Positions 19,895-29,054 of a stretch of 64,000 nucleotides of DNA are shown piece after piece. The DNA comes from Spirochaetia bacterium (GTDB taxonomy: Bacteria > Spirochaetota > Spirochaetia > SZUA-6 > Bin103): assembly GCA_965203905.1 (NCBI GenBank), contig CBDBDQ010000005.1:5088001-5152000 (forward strand), in the 5' to 3' direction. A program made the translations under genes and the position numbers. Numbering within the stretch: the first letter of the stretch is position 1; every line of letters begins with the position of its first letter. A model generated the notes under the pieces. The model ran no database searches and was not told where the DNA came from. It saw nothing but the letters and a program-made list of their open reading frames with translations.

Positions 19895-20922
19895 GGAGAG
19901 CGCGCCTGCGGCGGCCTGGGGGCCACGCGCCTGCTGCGGGGCCGTGCACCCCACCGAGCAAGGCAAGGTGCGACGGGTCGGCCCCAGATGTCTTCCCGCT
20001 CGATGACTCCGACGGGGGCATCCTTCGGCTTCGCCACCGCCGCGCCGACCCATGGATGTGCGGCCGACCGGGAACCCCCGCGGGTTCACGCCGGATGCGC
20101 GGTGACCTCCACCCGTGGCGCCATCCCTGCCGCCACGGGTGTGCATGCGCCGGCGGCAGTTCCGGAGGCGCGCCCGGAACGCGGCCGACCAGGTCAACCA
20201 GCGCCGGACTGTGGATGGGCGTGACCTGGCCGGTCAGCGCGAAGTGGCGCCCGGGCACCGCAGACCGAGTGGGCGAAGTGTCAGGTACCTCTCATCACAC
20301 GACTGACGCGTCGTCCGTTCGTGAGCCCCGTCCATGGGGCCCACCACAGGCGTTCCCGCGCCATGGAGGGCAAGCGTGCGGCTGTCCTGTGGACAGCGGC
20401 TGTTCTTTGGACAGCCTGCGGCGCGTCCGGAGGGAGTTGCATTACCGGCATCGCGACGCCGAAACTGGCTCGACCACCGCTCCAGGTATTCACCGGGCCA
20501 ACCGTCGACGAGAGACTGCACACGAAGCGGCGCGCCCGGGGACTTTGCCTGACTCATAGGTTATGCCCCAGCCGAATCGCGCTGACCACGGTCGTCCGGT
20601 GGGGTGATATGTGCCGACAACCACAGATACCGCCAATGCGATCTCCTCCACGCTCGAGGGGGACCCGCGAGGTACCGCAAGCAGTCGGCATACGTTTCCA
20701 TCATTCTCGCCGCACGGATTGCGCTGCAATCGACGGTGTCGAACCCCATTCCGCTGACCAGCTCTAACGGGTTGCTCGGTGCGCTCGTCGTCACCGGCTG
20801 TGTAGTGGCCGCCCGAACACTAGATGTGCTTGTAGCGATGTCAATTGAGAGATTCAGTCAGCTTTCGCGAACCCCCCAGGTTCAGAAATGACCGTCACCG
20901 GCTAGTTGGTTATACTCATGGT

Positions 20923-21162
20923 ATGAAGACTGCCGTGTCGGTCCCGGATGAGATCTTCCTTGCCGCCGAACGCCATGCGCAACGGACGAGGAAGTCTCGA
21001 AGCCAGCTATACGTTGACGCTCTCGCTGAGTACCTGGCAAGACACACGCCTGACGACGTTACGGCTGCGATGGATCGGGTGGCGGAAGCCGTCGGCGAGG
21101 CGTCACCGGACGAGTTTGTGTCTCGAGCGTCACGTCAGACTCTCGAACGCTCCGAGTGGTAG
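20923..21162 (+). CDS. RHH antitoxin (ChpI/MazE-like)
   Basis: MKTAVSVPDEIF...SRSQLYVDAL; overlaps the toxin start. Confidence 0.8.
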   Translation: MKTAVSVPDEIFLAAERHAQRTRKSRSQLYVDALAEYLARHTPDDVTAAMDRVAEAVGEASPDEFVSRASRQTLERSEW

Positions 21163-21503
21163 ACATCGCGCAGGGCGAGGTCTGGTGGGCGGAGCTACCG
21201 CAACCCCTTGGCTCGGGGCCCGGTCTGCGGCGGCCGGTTGTGGTGGTTCAGGGCGACCATCTGAACCGGAGCCGAATCTCGACCGTGGTCTGCGTTCCAC
21301 TCACCAGCAACCTGATGTGGGCCGACGCTCCGGGCAACACGTTGCTGCCCGCCAAGGCGACCGGATTGCCGAAGGACTCCGTAGCAAACGCAGCTCAGAT
21401 CGTGGCGCTCGACCGCAGCATCCTGGTGAAGCGCATGAGGCGACTCGCGGCGCGGCAGGTGGCACTCGTCGTGAGCGGGATCGACGTCGTGCTCGGCCGG
21501 TGA
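21156..21503 (+). CDS. mazF: PemK/MazF toxin
   Basis: GEVWWAEL..P.GS.PG.RRPVVVVQ, VPLTSN, GLPKDSVAN. Confidence 0.88.
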   Translation: MVDIAQGEVWWAELPQPLGSGPGLRRPVVVVQGDHLNRSRISTVVCVPLTSNLMWADAPGNTLLPAKATGLPKDSVANAAQIVALDRSILVKRMRRLAARQVALVVSGIDVVLGR

Positions 21504-21907
21504 GAATAGAAGATGGCGGCCAGGCCAATGCTGCGCATCTCCACTCGTCGTTAGCAGAAGGTCGGCCGCCTTTCACTGGTCAACGCTCCGCTCCGCCGAA
21601 CGACTAAACTCGGCTGACCGGGATCATGGTCACGACTAGCATCCTCGTTACGCACCAACGTCGGATTCACCATCAACCCTACAATCGCGAACAAGGGGCC
21701 TTGGGGCACATTAGTCCTGACAGCAGTCGGCCCGATCTTCATCCACCGCTGGCGAGATGCTCGCCGCCACCTGGACCAGTCCGGCGCAAACCCCGGTAGG
21801 TAGCTCGTCGATGCGCTGGGCAGCGACTGGGAGGAGACCGCCCTTCGACAGGGAGTCAGGTAACCACGGGAACGAGATGATATGATTGCGGGAGTGGGGA
21901 AGGACGC

Positions 21908-22318
21908 GTGGGCCACGTATTTGCGGAACTGGAATTGAGCAATCCCCGGCGCCCCGACTTCGTACCGGTACAGGTGGACGCGCTGGTTGATACGGGGGCT
22001 CTGATGCTGTGCATTCCGGAGCACGTCGCACGGCAGCTCGACCTCGAAACGGAGTCGGTGCGGGTGGTGTCGGTCGCGGACGGCAGGACGGCGACCGTGC
22101 CCTACGTCGGACCGGTGAAGGTCGCCTTCGGCAAGCGGTTCTGTTACGTCGGCGCGCTGGTGATCGGCGACGAAGTGTTGTTGGGGTCCGTTTCCATGGA
22201 AGACATGGACTTGGTCGTGAACCCCGGCCGCCGGCAGCTCACGGTCGATCCCGCCAGTCCCAACGTGCCTCACGCCCGCGTGAAGCGCCACGCCACCACG
22301 CCTGCTACCGGCGAATGA
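21908..22318 (+). CDS. Clan AA (retropepsin-like) aspartic protease
   Basis: ALVDTGA, VADGR, VLLG motifs. Confidence 0.85.
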   Translation: MGHVFAELELSNPRRPDFVPVQVDALVDTGALMLCIPEHVARQLDLETESVRVVSVADGRTATVPYVGPVKVAFGKRFCYVGALVIGDEVLLGSVSMEDMDLVVNPGRRQLTVDPASPNVPHARVKRHATTPATGE

Positions 22319-22340
22319 GATCCTGATGCCGGAGATCCAG

Positions 22341-22871
22341 TCACGGGGACCGGTGTTGAACCGTGGCGGGGACGTCTACGTCGTCCACGATGACGACACT
22401 CAATTCGTCGATTCCCTCGAAGCCCGAATCGGTGGTCACCAGGTGATCGGCGCGGATACGCAGGGCCGTGGCGAGTATCACGGAGTCGATGGTGAGCAGA
22501 CCGTACGCGGATTGTAGTTCCAGGCAACGAGTATAGTCCGCCACGCGATGTTCCTCGACGCGAATACCCATCTCCAGCAGTGCGTCGACCTTGGCCCGAT
22601 AGGCATGCAGCCCCTTGACGACCTCCGGCTGGGCGGACAACTTGCGGGCAGGGTTCGACCCCGAGATCCTGTTCCCGGCGCGCGCCTCGATCAGCATGAG
22701 CTTATGGCACACCTCCAGGAGTGCTGCGAAAGGGAGGATTCCGCTGACCGCACCCTCGGCACACCGCGCCAGCAGGGCCGTCGCCTGCTTCGAGTGTCCT
22801 TCTTCTGCGTAAATCAGGACGTTGGCATCCAGCACGCACCGAGAGCCGTCGGCGATGTCCGTATCCTTCAC
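22341..22871 (-). CDS. vapC: PIN-domain toxin
   Basis: VLDANVLIY, D.VILATA, LVTTDSGF; GTG start overlaps antitoxin stop. Confidence 0.82.
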   Translation of the reverse strand: MKDTDIADGSRCVLDANVLIYAEEGHSKQATALLARCAEGAVSGILPFAALLEVCHKLMLIEARAGNRISGSNPARKLSAQPEVVKGLHAYRAKVDALLEMGIRVEEHRVADYTRCLELQSAYGLLTIDSVILATALRIRADHLVTTDSGFEGIDELSVVIVDDVDVPATVQHRSP

Positions 22872-23119
22872 CGCGCCAGCAGGTCGTCGTCGACGATCTC
22901 GCGCAGGTCGTCCATGCCCGCGTTCATGCCGCCTATGGGGTTGCTGCAGAAGCGGCGATACGCCTGCATCGCGCGGCGAGGCTCCGGAGCACGCTCCGCG
23001 AGGTATCCGGCAAGTGCCTCGGCGAACAGATCGCACAGCCGCTTCCCGTCCTCCGCCGCGGCGCGCTTCACGTCCCTGAGCAACTCCGTATCGATCAAGG
23101 TCCCAACTTTCGTCTTCAT
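22868..23119 (-). CDS. RHH antitoxin
   Basis: MKTKVGTLIDTELLRDVKRAAA; upstream of the PIN toxin. Confidence 0.75.
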   Translation of the reverse strand: MKTKVGTLIDTELLRDVKRAAAEDGKRLCDLFAEALAGYLAERAPEPRRAMQAYRRFCSNPIGGMNAGMDDLREIVDDDLLAR

Positions 23120-23164
23120 CGTCTTTCGAGAATAAGGAAGAATTCTTCCCTTGTCCAGACAAAC

Positions 23165-23400
23165 GGTCCTCGGAGAGAATGATCACCTCAAGCGAGGCCA
23201 GAGCGGTGGTTGAGTTGGGCGAACTCGTGGATGACTATCCCGATGATGCGCGCGGGCACAGCTGTCTACTGCTCGGTCGAGTGGGTGAGCGGGGTGTTCA
23301 TGTCGTTTGCGCACCTAAAGAGGACTACTTGGCGATCATCACGGCCTACATCCCTACGGCTGACGAGTGGGAGCCCGATTTGCGAACCGAAGAGAAAGAA
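23165..23400 (+). pseudogene. DUF4258 toxin-like protein, N-terminus lost, reads in frame into the next gene
   Basis: ELVDDYPDDARGHSCLLLG, HVVCA, IITAY.P...W. Confidence 0.7.
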
Positions 23401-23613
23401 GTGAACTGTGTCCATTGCCAAGGCAAGATGAAGCGTTCGACCGCGCCGTTTCATGTTGATCGCAACGGCTACCATCTGGTAGTGGATACGGTGCCGGCGT
23501 GGGTGTGCAAACAGTGCGGCGAGGCCTATTTCGATGAGTGCGAAGTCGACGCCATCCAGCAAGCGATCCGGAGTCTCGATGACCACACCCGCAAGCTGGT
23601 GATACCGGCCTGA
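23401..23613 (+). CDS. YgiT/MqsA-type zinc finger protein
   Basis: CxxC...VPAWVCKQCGEAY. Confidence 0.8.
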   Translation: MNCVHCQGKMKRSTAPFHVDRNGYHLVVDTVPAWVCKQCGEAYFDECEVDAIQQAIRSLDDHTRKLVIPA

Positions 23614-23653
23614 GGTCAGCGGCGGCACTACGTTGAACCGCGCCATCGCGCCT

Positions 23654-26500
23654 CTACAGGCGGATCAGGTCCTGTTCGAGGTCGTCGAGCCGCTTGTTGC
23701 CGGGCGGGCGCGGCATCGACTGCAGCGCTTCGCGCAGCGACAGTGCGGGTATCTCGTCGCCCTGGATGCGGATCAGCACGCCGAAGGCGCGGTGGCGGAC
23801 GAGGACCTGGCGCGCCGCTTGGTCCGCGAGCACGTCCGCCAGCGGCGAATCGAGGTGCAGGCGTGCCCCCTCCCGGCTCGGCAGGTAGCGGCGGCGCTGC
23901 GCTTCGCTCAGATCCAGCGACAGTTCGTGTTCGCCCGAGCCGACCTCCACGGCACTTGTAGCTCCAGGTAGCCACAACTCGGCGGTGGTGTTGGCGGGTA
24001 CCACGGCGCGCAGTGTGAACGTGGCCGGCGCGTTGGCGGGGTGATCGATGCGCCAGCTCGATTCGGTGCGGCCGTAGGGCGTGTCCACCGCCGCGCGTGC
24101 GTGCCGGATCCCGCCGCCCGGGTGCGGCTCAACCACGAACCGCCGCCATCCGCGCTCCGCGTCGTGTTGCCGCAGGCCGGCCATGCGTTCGTACAACCAG
24201 GCGCCCACGGCGCCGTAGGCGTAGTGGTTGAACGAGGTCATCTCGCCGGGATTGATCGAGCCGTCGGGCAGCATGGCGTCCCAGCGTTCCCAGATGGTGG
24301 TGGCGCCCATGGTGATCGGATACAGCCACGACGGCAGCTCGGTCTGCTGCAGCAGCCGGAACGCCATGTCGTCGTCGCCGATGCGGGTCAGCACCTCGCA
24401 CAGCCAGGGGGTGCCCAGGAAGCCGGTGGAGAGCCGGTGGCCCTCTTTCTCGATCAGCTTGCGGAGGCGGCGCGCCGTGGCCGGGCGCTGCTCGGGAGTG
24501 ACCAGGTCGAACGCCAGCGCCAGCAGGTGGGCGGTCTGGCTGTCGTTCACCACGCGGCCGTTCGGGGCCACGAACTCGGCGCGGAAGCCGGCGGCCACCT
24601 CGGCGGCGAGGCGGCGGTATGCGGCGGCATCGCCCGTCTCGCCCAGCAGCTCGGCCGCTTCGGCCAGGATCTGCGCGGAGCGCGCGAACCACGCCGTGCC
24701 CACCAGCGACGAGTCGGTCTGGGCGTCTCCCGGCGCGTCGGGTGGCGACTTTGGGTCTACCCAGTCACCGAACTGAAAACCGTCGCCCCACACGCGGTGC
24801 TCGTCGCAGATGCCCTTCACGTGCTCCACCCATGCCTTCATGGAGGGGTATTGGCGGCGCAGCAGCTCCAGGTCGCCATAGCGCGCGCCGAGAGTCATCG
24901 GCACCACGGTGGCGGCGTCGCCCCAGCCGGCGGCGGTGAACGACGACGGCAGGATGGAGGGGATGACGAACGGCACGTTGCCGTTCGGTTCCTGCTCGGC
25001 AGCCAGGTCGATCAGCCACGAGCTCAGCAGGGCGGCGGTGTCGTAGAGCAGGGTAGCGGTGGGGGCGAACACCTGGATGTCGCCGGTCCAGCCCAGCCGC
25101 TCGTCGCGTTGTGGGCAGTCGGTGGGTACGTCCAGGAAGTTGCCGCGCATCCCCCACACGATGTTCTGGTGGAGCTGGTTGACCTGCCGCTCCGAGCACT
25201 CGAACCAGCCGGTGCGCACCATGTCGGAGTGCAGCACCACCGCGGTGATGTGTTCGGGGCGCAGCTCGCCGGGCCAGCCGCTCACGCCGGCGTAACGGAA
25301 GCCGTGGAAGGTGAAGCGCGGCTCCCACACCTCGCTGCCGCCGCCGCTGGCGACGTAACGGTCGGTGGCCTTGGCCGAGCGCAGCGGGCGCACGCCCAGT
25401 TCGCCGTCCTCCAGTACCTCGGCGTGGCGCACGGTCACTTCCGTGCCCGCCGGCACCTCGGTGCCCGGCTCTGCCGCCAGGCGAATGCGCAACCGGCCTA
25501 CCAGGTTCTGGCCGAAGTCGACCAGGGTCTCGCCGGAGGGCGCGCGCCAGATCGACGCGGGAGCCACCTCCTGGACGGCGCGCACCGGCGGCACCGCCGC
25601 CGGCGTGAGGGTGGCCAGGTCGTGCTCGATCACCGCGACCGGCTGCCAGCCGCCGGCGTCGTAACCGGGCCGCGACCAGCCGCCCAACTCGAGCCGTGCA
25701 TCGTACGTCTCGCCGTCGTACAGATCGGAGCCGCGCTCGGGGCCGACGCCGGAGCGCCACTCGCCGTCCGTGGCCAGGGTACGGACGGTGCCGTCCGCGA
25801 GTGCGATGTCGAGTTGCGCCAGCAGTGCCGGCCGGTCGGTGTAGAAGTTGCGCGCGCCGCTGAACCCGAGGCGCCCGCGCGCCCAGCCGTCGCCCACGAT
25901 GGCGCCGATGGCATTGTCGCCGTCACGCAACAGGCCGGTGACGTCGTGGCTGGCGAAGCGCAGGCGGTGCCGGTAGCTGGTCCAGCCCGGCGCCAGTTCC
26001 TCGTCGCCGACCCGGCGGCCGTTGATCTCCACCTGGTACACGCCCAGGGCGGTCACCGACAGCACGGCCCGCTGCCACGGTTGATCCAGGGCGAACTCGC
26101 GCCGGAAGTAGGGGCAGGGTTCCGCCTCGCTCGCCGCGGTGGCGCCGGCCGGCGAGATGAACCGCGCCGACCAGTCGCCGGCCTCCAGCAACGGCGCCCA
26201 CACCGGGAGCGGCTGGCTCCAGTCGCTGGCCACCCCGTCGCGGCCGGTGACCCGCACCCGGCAGGTCACACTCTGGTGTGACGCCAGCGGCGGCGCCGGC
26301 CACGGCACCAGTACCGAGTCGCCGGAGGCGACCGCTGCGCCGCGGTACTCCAGATCGCCGGAAATCTCCATTTCGTAGGAGGCCTGGTACCAATTCGGCG
26401 TGCTGGTGGCGACGCGCCACGAAAGACGCGGCGTGGCGGTGGCGACGAACGGGCCGGAGCCGCGATGCTCGGCGGTCAGATCGACAACGGTGAGTGACAT
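23654..26500 (-). CDS. Alpha-L-rhamnosidase (GH78)
   Basis: DFGQNLVG, FTFHGFRY, PTDCPQRDERLGWTGD, GATTIWERW, SFNHY; start set at MSLTVV. Confidence 0.93.
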   Translation of the reverse strand: MSLTVVDLTAEHRGSGPFVATATPRLSWRVATSTPNWYQASYEMEISGDLEYRGAAVASGDSVLVPWPAPPLASHQSVTCRVRVTGRDGVASDWSQPLPVWAPLLEAGDWSARFISPAGATAASEAEPCPYFRREFALDQPWQRAVLSVTALGVYQVEINGRRVGDEELAPGWTSYRHRLRFASHDVTGLLRDGDNAIGAIVGDGWARGRLGFSGARNFYTDRPALLAQLDIALADGTVRTLATDGEWRSGVGPERGSDLYDGETYDARLELGGWSRPGYDAGGWQPVAVIEHDLATLTPAAVPPVRAVQEVAPASIWRAPSGETLVDFGQNLVGRLRIRLAAEPGTEVPAGTEVTVRHAEVLEDGELGVRPLRSAKATDRYVASGGGSEVWEPRFTFHGFRYAGVSGWPGELRPEHITAVVLHSDMVRTGWFECSERQVNQLHQNIVWGMRGNFLDVPTDCPQRDERLGWTGDIQVFAPTATLLYDTAALLSSWLIDLAAEQEPNGNVPFVIPSILPSSFTAAGWGDAATVVPMTLGARYGDLELLRRQYPSMKAWVEHVKGICDEHRVWGDGFQFGDWVDPKSPPDAPGDAQTDSSLVGTAWFARSAQILAEAAELLGETGDAAAYRRLAAEVAAGFRAEFVAPNGRVVNDSQTAHLLALAFDLVTPEQRPATARRLRKLIEKEGHRLSTGFLGTPWLCEVLTRIGDDDMAFRLLQQTELPSWLYPITMGATTIWERWDAMLPDGSINPGEMTSFNHYAYGAVGAWLYERMAGLRQHDAERGWRRFVVEPHPGGGIRHARAAVDTPYGRTESSWRIDHPANAPATFTLRAVVPANTTAELWLPGATSAVEVGSGEHELSLDLSEAQRRRYLPSREGARLHLDSPLADVLADQAARQVLVRHRAFGVLIRIQGDEIPALSLREALQSMPRPPGNKRLDDLEQDLIRL

Positions 26501-26529
26501 GATGGGCCTGCTCGTCGGGGTATGTCTGG

Positions 26530-26844
26530 TCAGTCGAGGTGGAACACTTCCGGCAGCTCGCGCATCACCGGTGAGTTGTCCGGATTGGTCTCCATGAGGT
26601 CGGCCATGTAGGCCCACCACTTCTTGACCACCGGACTCTCCGGCAGTTCCCCGGCGGTGTGGTCCGGGCTCAGCTTCTGCACCGCGAACAGGGTCAGGGA
26701 CTCCGGGTCGAGGTAGATCGAGTAGTCGCTGACGCCGGCCTCGCGAATCTCCCTGGCAAGCTCGGGCCAGATCTCGTCGTGGCGCTTCTGGTACTCGGCC
26801 TCGAAGCCGGGCTTGAGCTTCATGGCGAAGGCGAATCGTTGCAT
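26530..26844 (-). CDS. rhaM: L-rhamnose mutarotase
   Basis: EYQKRHDEIWPEL, DYSIYL, KWWAYMADLMETNPDNSP, EVFHLD. Confidence 0.93.
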   Translation of the reverse strand: MQRFAFAMKLKPGFEAEYQKRHDEIWPELAREIREAGVSDYSIYLDPESLTLFAVQKLSPDHTAGELPESPVVKKWWAYMADLMETNPDNSPVMRELPEVFHLD

Positions 26845-26856
26845 TGCGGAGCTCTC

Positions 26857-27984
26857 CTAACGTGAGTATGGATCGGCGGCGTCGCGCAGTCCGTCGCCGA
26901 GGAAGTTGAACATCAGCACGGTGACGATGACGAACAGGCAGGGGATCAGCAGCCAGCCGTGGTGGGCGATCGCCTGCACGTTCTGGGCGTCCTGCAGCAG
27001 CACCCCCCAGCTCACCACCGGCGGCTGCAGCCCCAGGCCGAGGAAGCTCAGCGCCGTCTCGCCGAGGATGGTCTGCGGTATCGCCAGCGTCAGCGACACG
27101 ATGATGTAGCTGGCGAAGGAGGGCAGCAGGTGCTTGCCGATGATGGCGCCCTGCGTGGCGCCGGCGATGCGCCCCGCCATCACGAAGTCCTCCTCGCGCA
27201 GGGCCAGCAGCTTGCCGCGAATCACCCGCGCCAGGCCGGTCCAGCCGATCACGGAGAAGATGATCACGATGCCGAAGTAGATCCGCACCGGCGGCCAGTC
27301 GCGCGGCAGCGCCGCCGCCAGCGCCATCCACAGCGGAATGGTGGGAATCGAGATCAGCAGGTCCACCAGCCGCTGGATCACCGTATCCACGAAGCCGCCC
27401 AGGTAACCCGACAGCCCGCCCAGGATCATGCCGAACACGAAGGTGAAGAAGATCCCCACCAGCCCCACGGACAGCGAGATGCGGGCCCCGTACAGGATGC
27501 GGCTGAACACGTCGCGGCCGAGGCGGTCGGCGCCGAACAGCAGCACCGGCCCCTCGTCCGACCCGAACAGGTGGAGGTCGCTCTGGAACAGGCCCCACAG
27601 CCGGTACTCCTCGCCGCGGACGAAGAAGCGCACGTCGAAGCGCTGCTCGGGGTCGACGGTGAAGGTGCGCCGGAACGTCTCCGGGTCGCGCCCGCGCACC
27701 AGGCCGTAGACGTGGAGCCCGATCCGCTCGCCGGCCGCCAGCAGGCGCAGGCGCTGCGGAGGCGCATACAGGTACTCGGTAAAGCGGGTGCCCGGGAGAT
27801 AGGGGCTCAGGAACTCGCAGAACGCGGCGATGAAGTACATGACCGCCAGCACGACGCCCGCAACCAGGGCCATCTTGTGCTTGCGGAACTTCCACCACAC
27901 CAATTGCCACTGGGAGGCGACGAAGTAGCGTTCGGCGGCCGCGGTCTCCTGGGCGGTCGGCTCGACCGCCTCGACGGTGCTCAC
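26857..27984 (-). CDS. ABC permease OppC-like (rhamnoside locus)
   Basis: ASQWQLVWWKFRKH, GADRLGRD, GDGLRDAADP. Confidence 0.92.
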   Translation of the reverse strand: MSTVEAVEPTAQETAAAERYFVASQWQLVWWKFRKHKMALVAGVVLAVMYFIAAFCEFLSPYLPGTRFTEYLYAPPQRLRLLAAGERIGLHVYGLVRGRDPETFRRTFTVDPEQRFDVRFFVRGEEYRLWGLFQSDLHLFGSDEGPVLLFGADRLGRDVFSRILYGARISLSVGLVGIFFTFVFGMILGGLSGYLGGFVDTVIQRLVDLLISIPTIPLWMALAAALPRDWPPVRIYFGIVIIFSVIGWTGLARVIRGKLLALREEDFVMAGRIAGATQGAIIGKHLLPSFASYIIVSLTLAIPQTILGETALSFLGLGLQPPVVSWGVLLQDAQNVQAIAHHGWLLIPCLFVIVTVLMFNFLGDGLRDAADPYSR

Positions 27985-28979
27985 CTGGTGGCTCCCTGGT
28001 AGCGGATGCGCGGATCCACCCACGCCAGCAGGAGATCGGAGATCAGGGTGCCGATCACGGTGAGGATGCTCAGGATCATCACCAGGCTGCCGGCGAGGTA
28101 CATGTCCTGGAACAGCAGCGCGCGCAGCAGCACCGGCCCGGTGGTGGGCAGGTTCAGCACGATCGAGACCAGCGCCTCACCCGAGACGATGAACGGCAGC
28201 AGCCAGCCGATGGTGCTGATCAGCGGGTTGATGGCGATGCGCACCGGGTACTTGAACAGCAGGGTCCGTTCGGCCACGCCCTTGGCGCGCGCGGTCACCA
28301 CGTACTGCTTGCGCAGCTCGTCCAGCAGCATGCTGCGCATCACCCGGATCAGGCTGGCGGTCCCGGTGAGCCCGATCACCACGATCGGCACCCACAGGCG
28401 CGGCAGCATGTCCAGCAGCCTGGCGAAGCTCCACGGCGCGTCGGCGAACTCCGGCGAGAACAGCCCGGTGACACTGATGCCGAGTTGCGTGAATGCGAGA
28501 TACATCACCACCAGGGCGAGCAGGAACCCCGGCACCGAGATGCCGATAAAGCCGAAGAAGGTGAACACGTAGTCGCCGAGCGAGTACTGGTGGGTGGCGG
28601 CGTAGATGCCGATCGGGATCGCCACCACCCAGATGAAAATGAGCGTCAGCAGCGAGATCGACATGGTGAGTGCGATGCGTTCGCCGATCACCTGGGTCAC
28701 CGGCTGCTCCCACTGGAACGAGCGTCCCAGGTGGCCCCGGCTGATGATGTTCCAGGCCCACAGCGCGTAGCGCTCCACCAGCGTCTTGTCCAGGCCGTAC
28801 TGCTCGGTGAGCCGCGCAATCTCGTCTTCGTCGACGCGGGTACCGGTCTGCTCCAGCTCGACGATGCGCATCGTCACGTAGTCGCCGGGCGGCAACTCGA
28901 TGATCGCGAACGAGAGCACCGAGATGATCACTATCAGCGGGATGATCTGGAGGGTGCGCCGGAGGATGTAGTCGAACAT
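27981..28979 (-). CDS. ABC permease OppB-like (rhamnoside locus)
   Basis: ELPPGD, DELRKQYVVTARAKG, DPRIRY. Confidence 0.92.
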   Translation of the reverse strand: MFDYILRRTLQIIPLIVIISVLSFAIIELPPGDYVTMRIVELEQTGTRVDEDEIARLTEQYGLDKTLVERYALWAWNIISRGHLGRSFQWEQPVTQVIGERIALTMSISLLTLIFIWVVAIPIGIYAATHQYSLGDYVFTFFGFIGISVPGFLLALVVMYLAFTQLGISVTGLFSPEFADAPWSFARLLDMLPRLWVPIVVIGLTGTASLIRVMRSMLLDELRKQYVVTARAKGVAERTLLFKYPVRIAINPLISTIGWLLPFIVSGEALVSIVLNLPTTGPVLLRALLFQDMYLAGSLVMILSILTVIGTLISDLLLAWVDPRIRYQGATR

Positions 28980-29054
28980 GGGGCCTGCAACAGACAACAC
29001 GGGTGCCGGAGCGAGGCTCCGGCACCCGGTGCGGTCATGAAAGGGCGGACCGCC

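Noticed and set aside
20900-23620. Integron cassette array of TA genes
   Set aside because: No attC (RYYYAAC...GTTRRRY) pattern, mixed orientations, and the nearby Xer lacks an evident IntI patch and is truncated.
23654-27910. 1418-aa giant rhamnosidase fusion
   Set aside because: The first ~470 codons are an off-frame read through oppC and rhaM; the real gene starts at ~26500.
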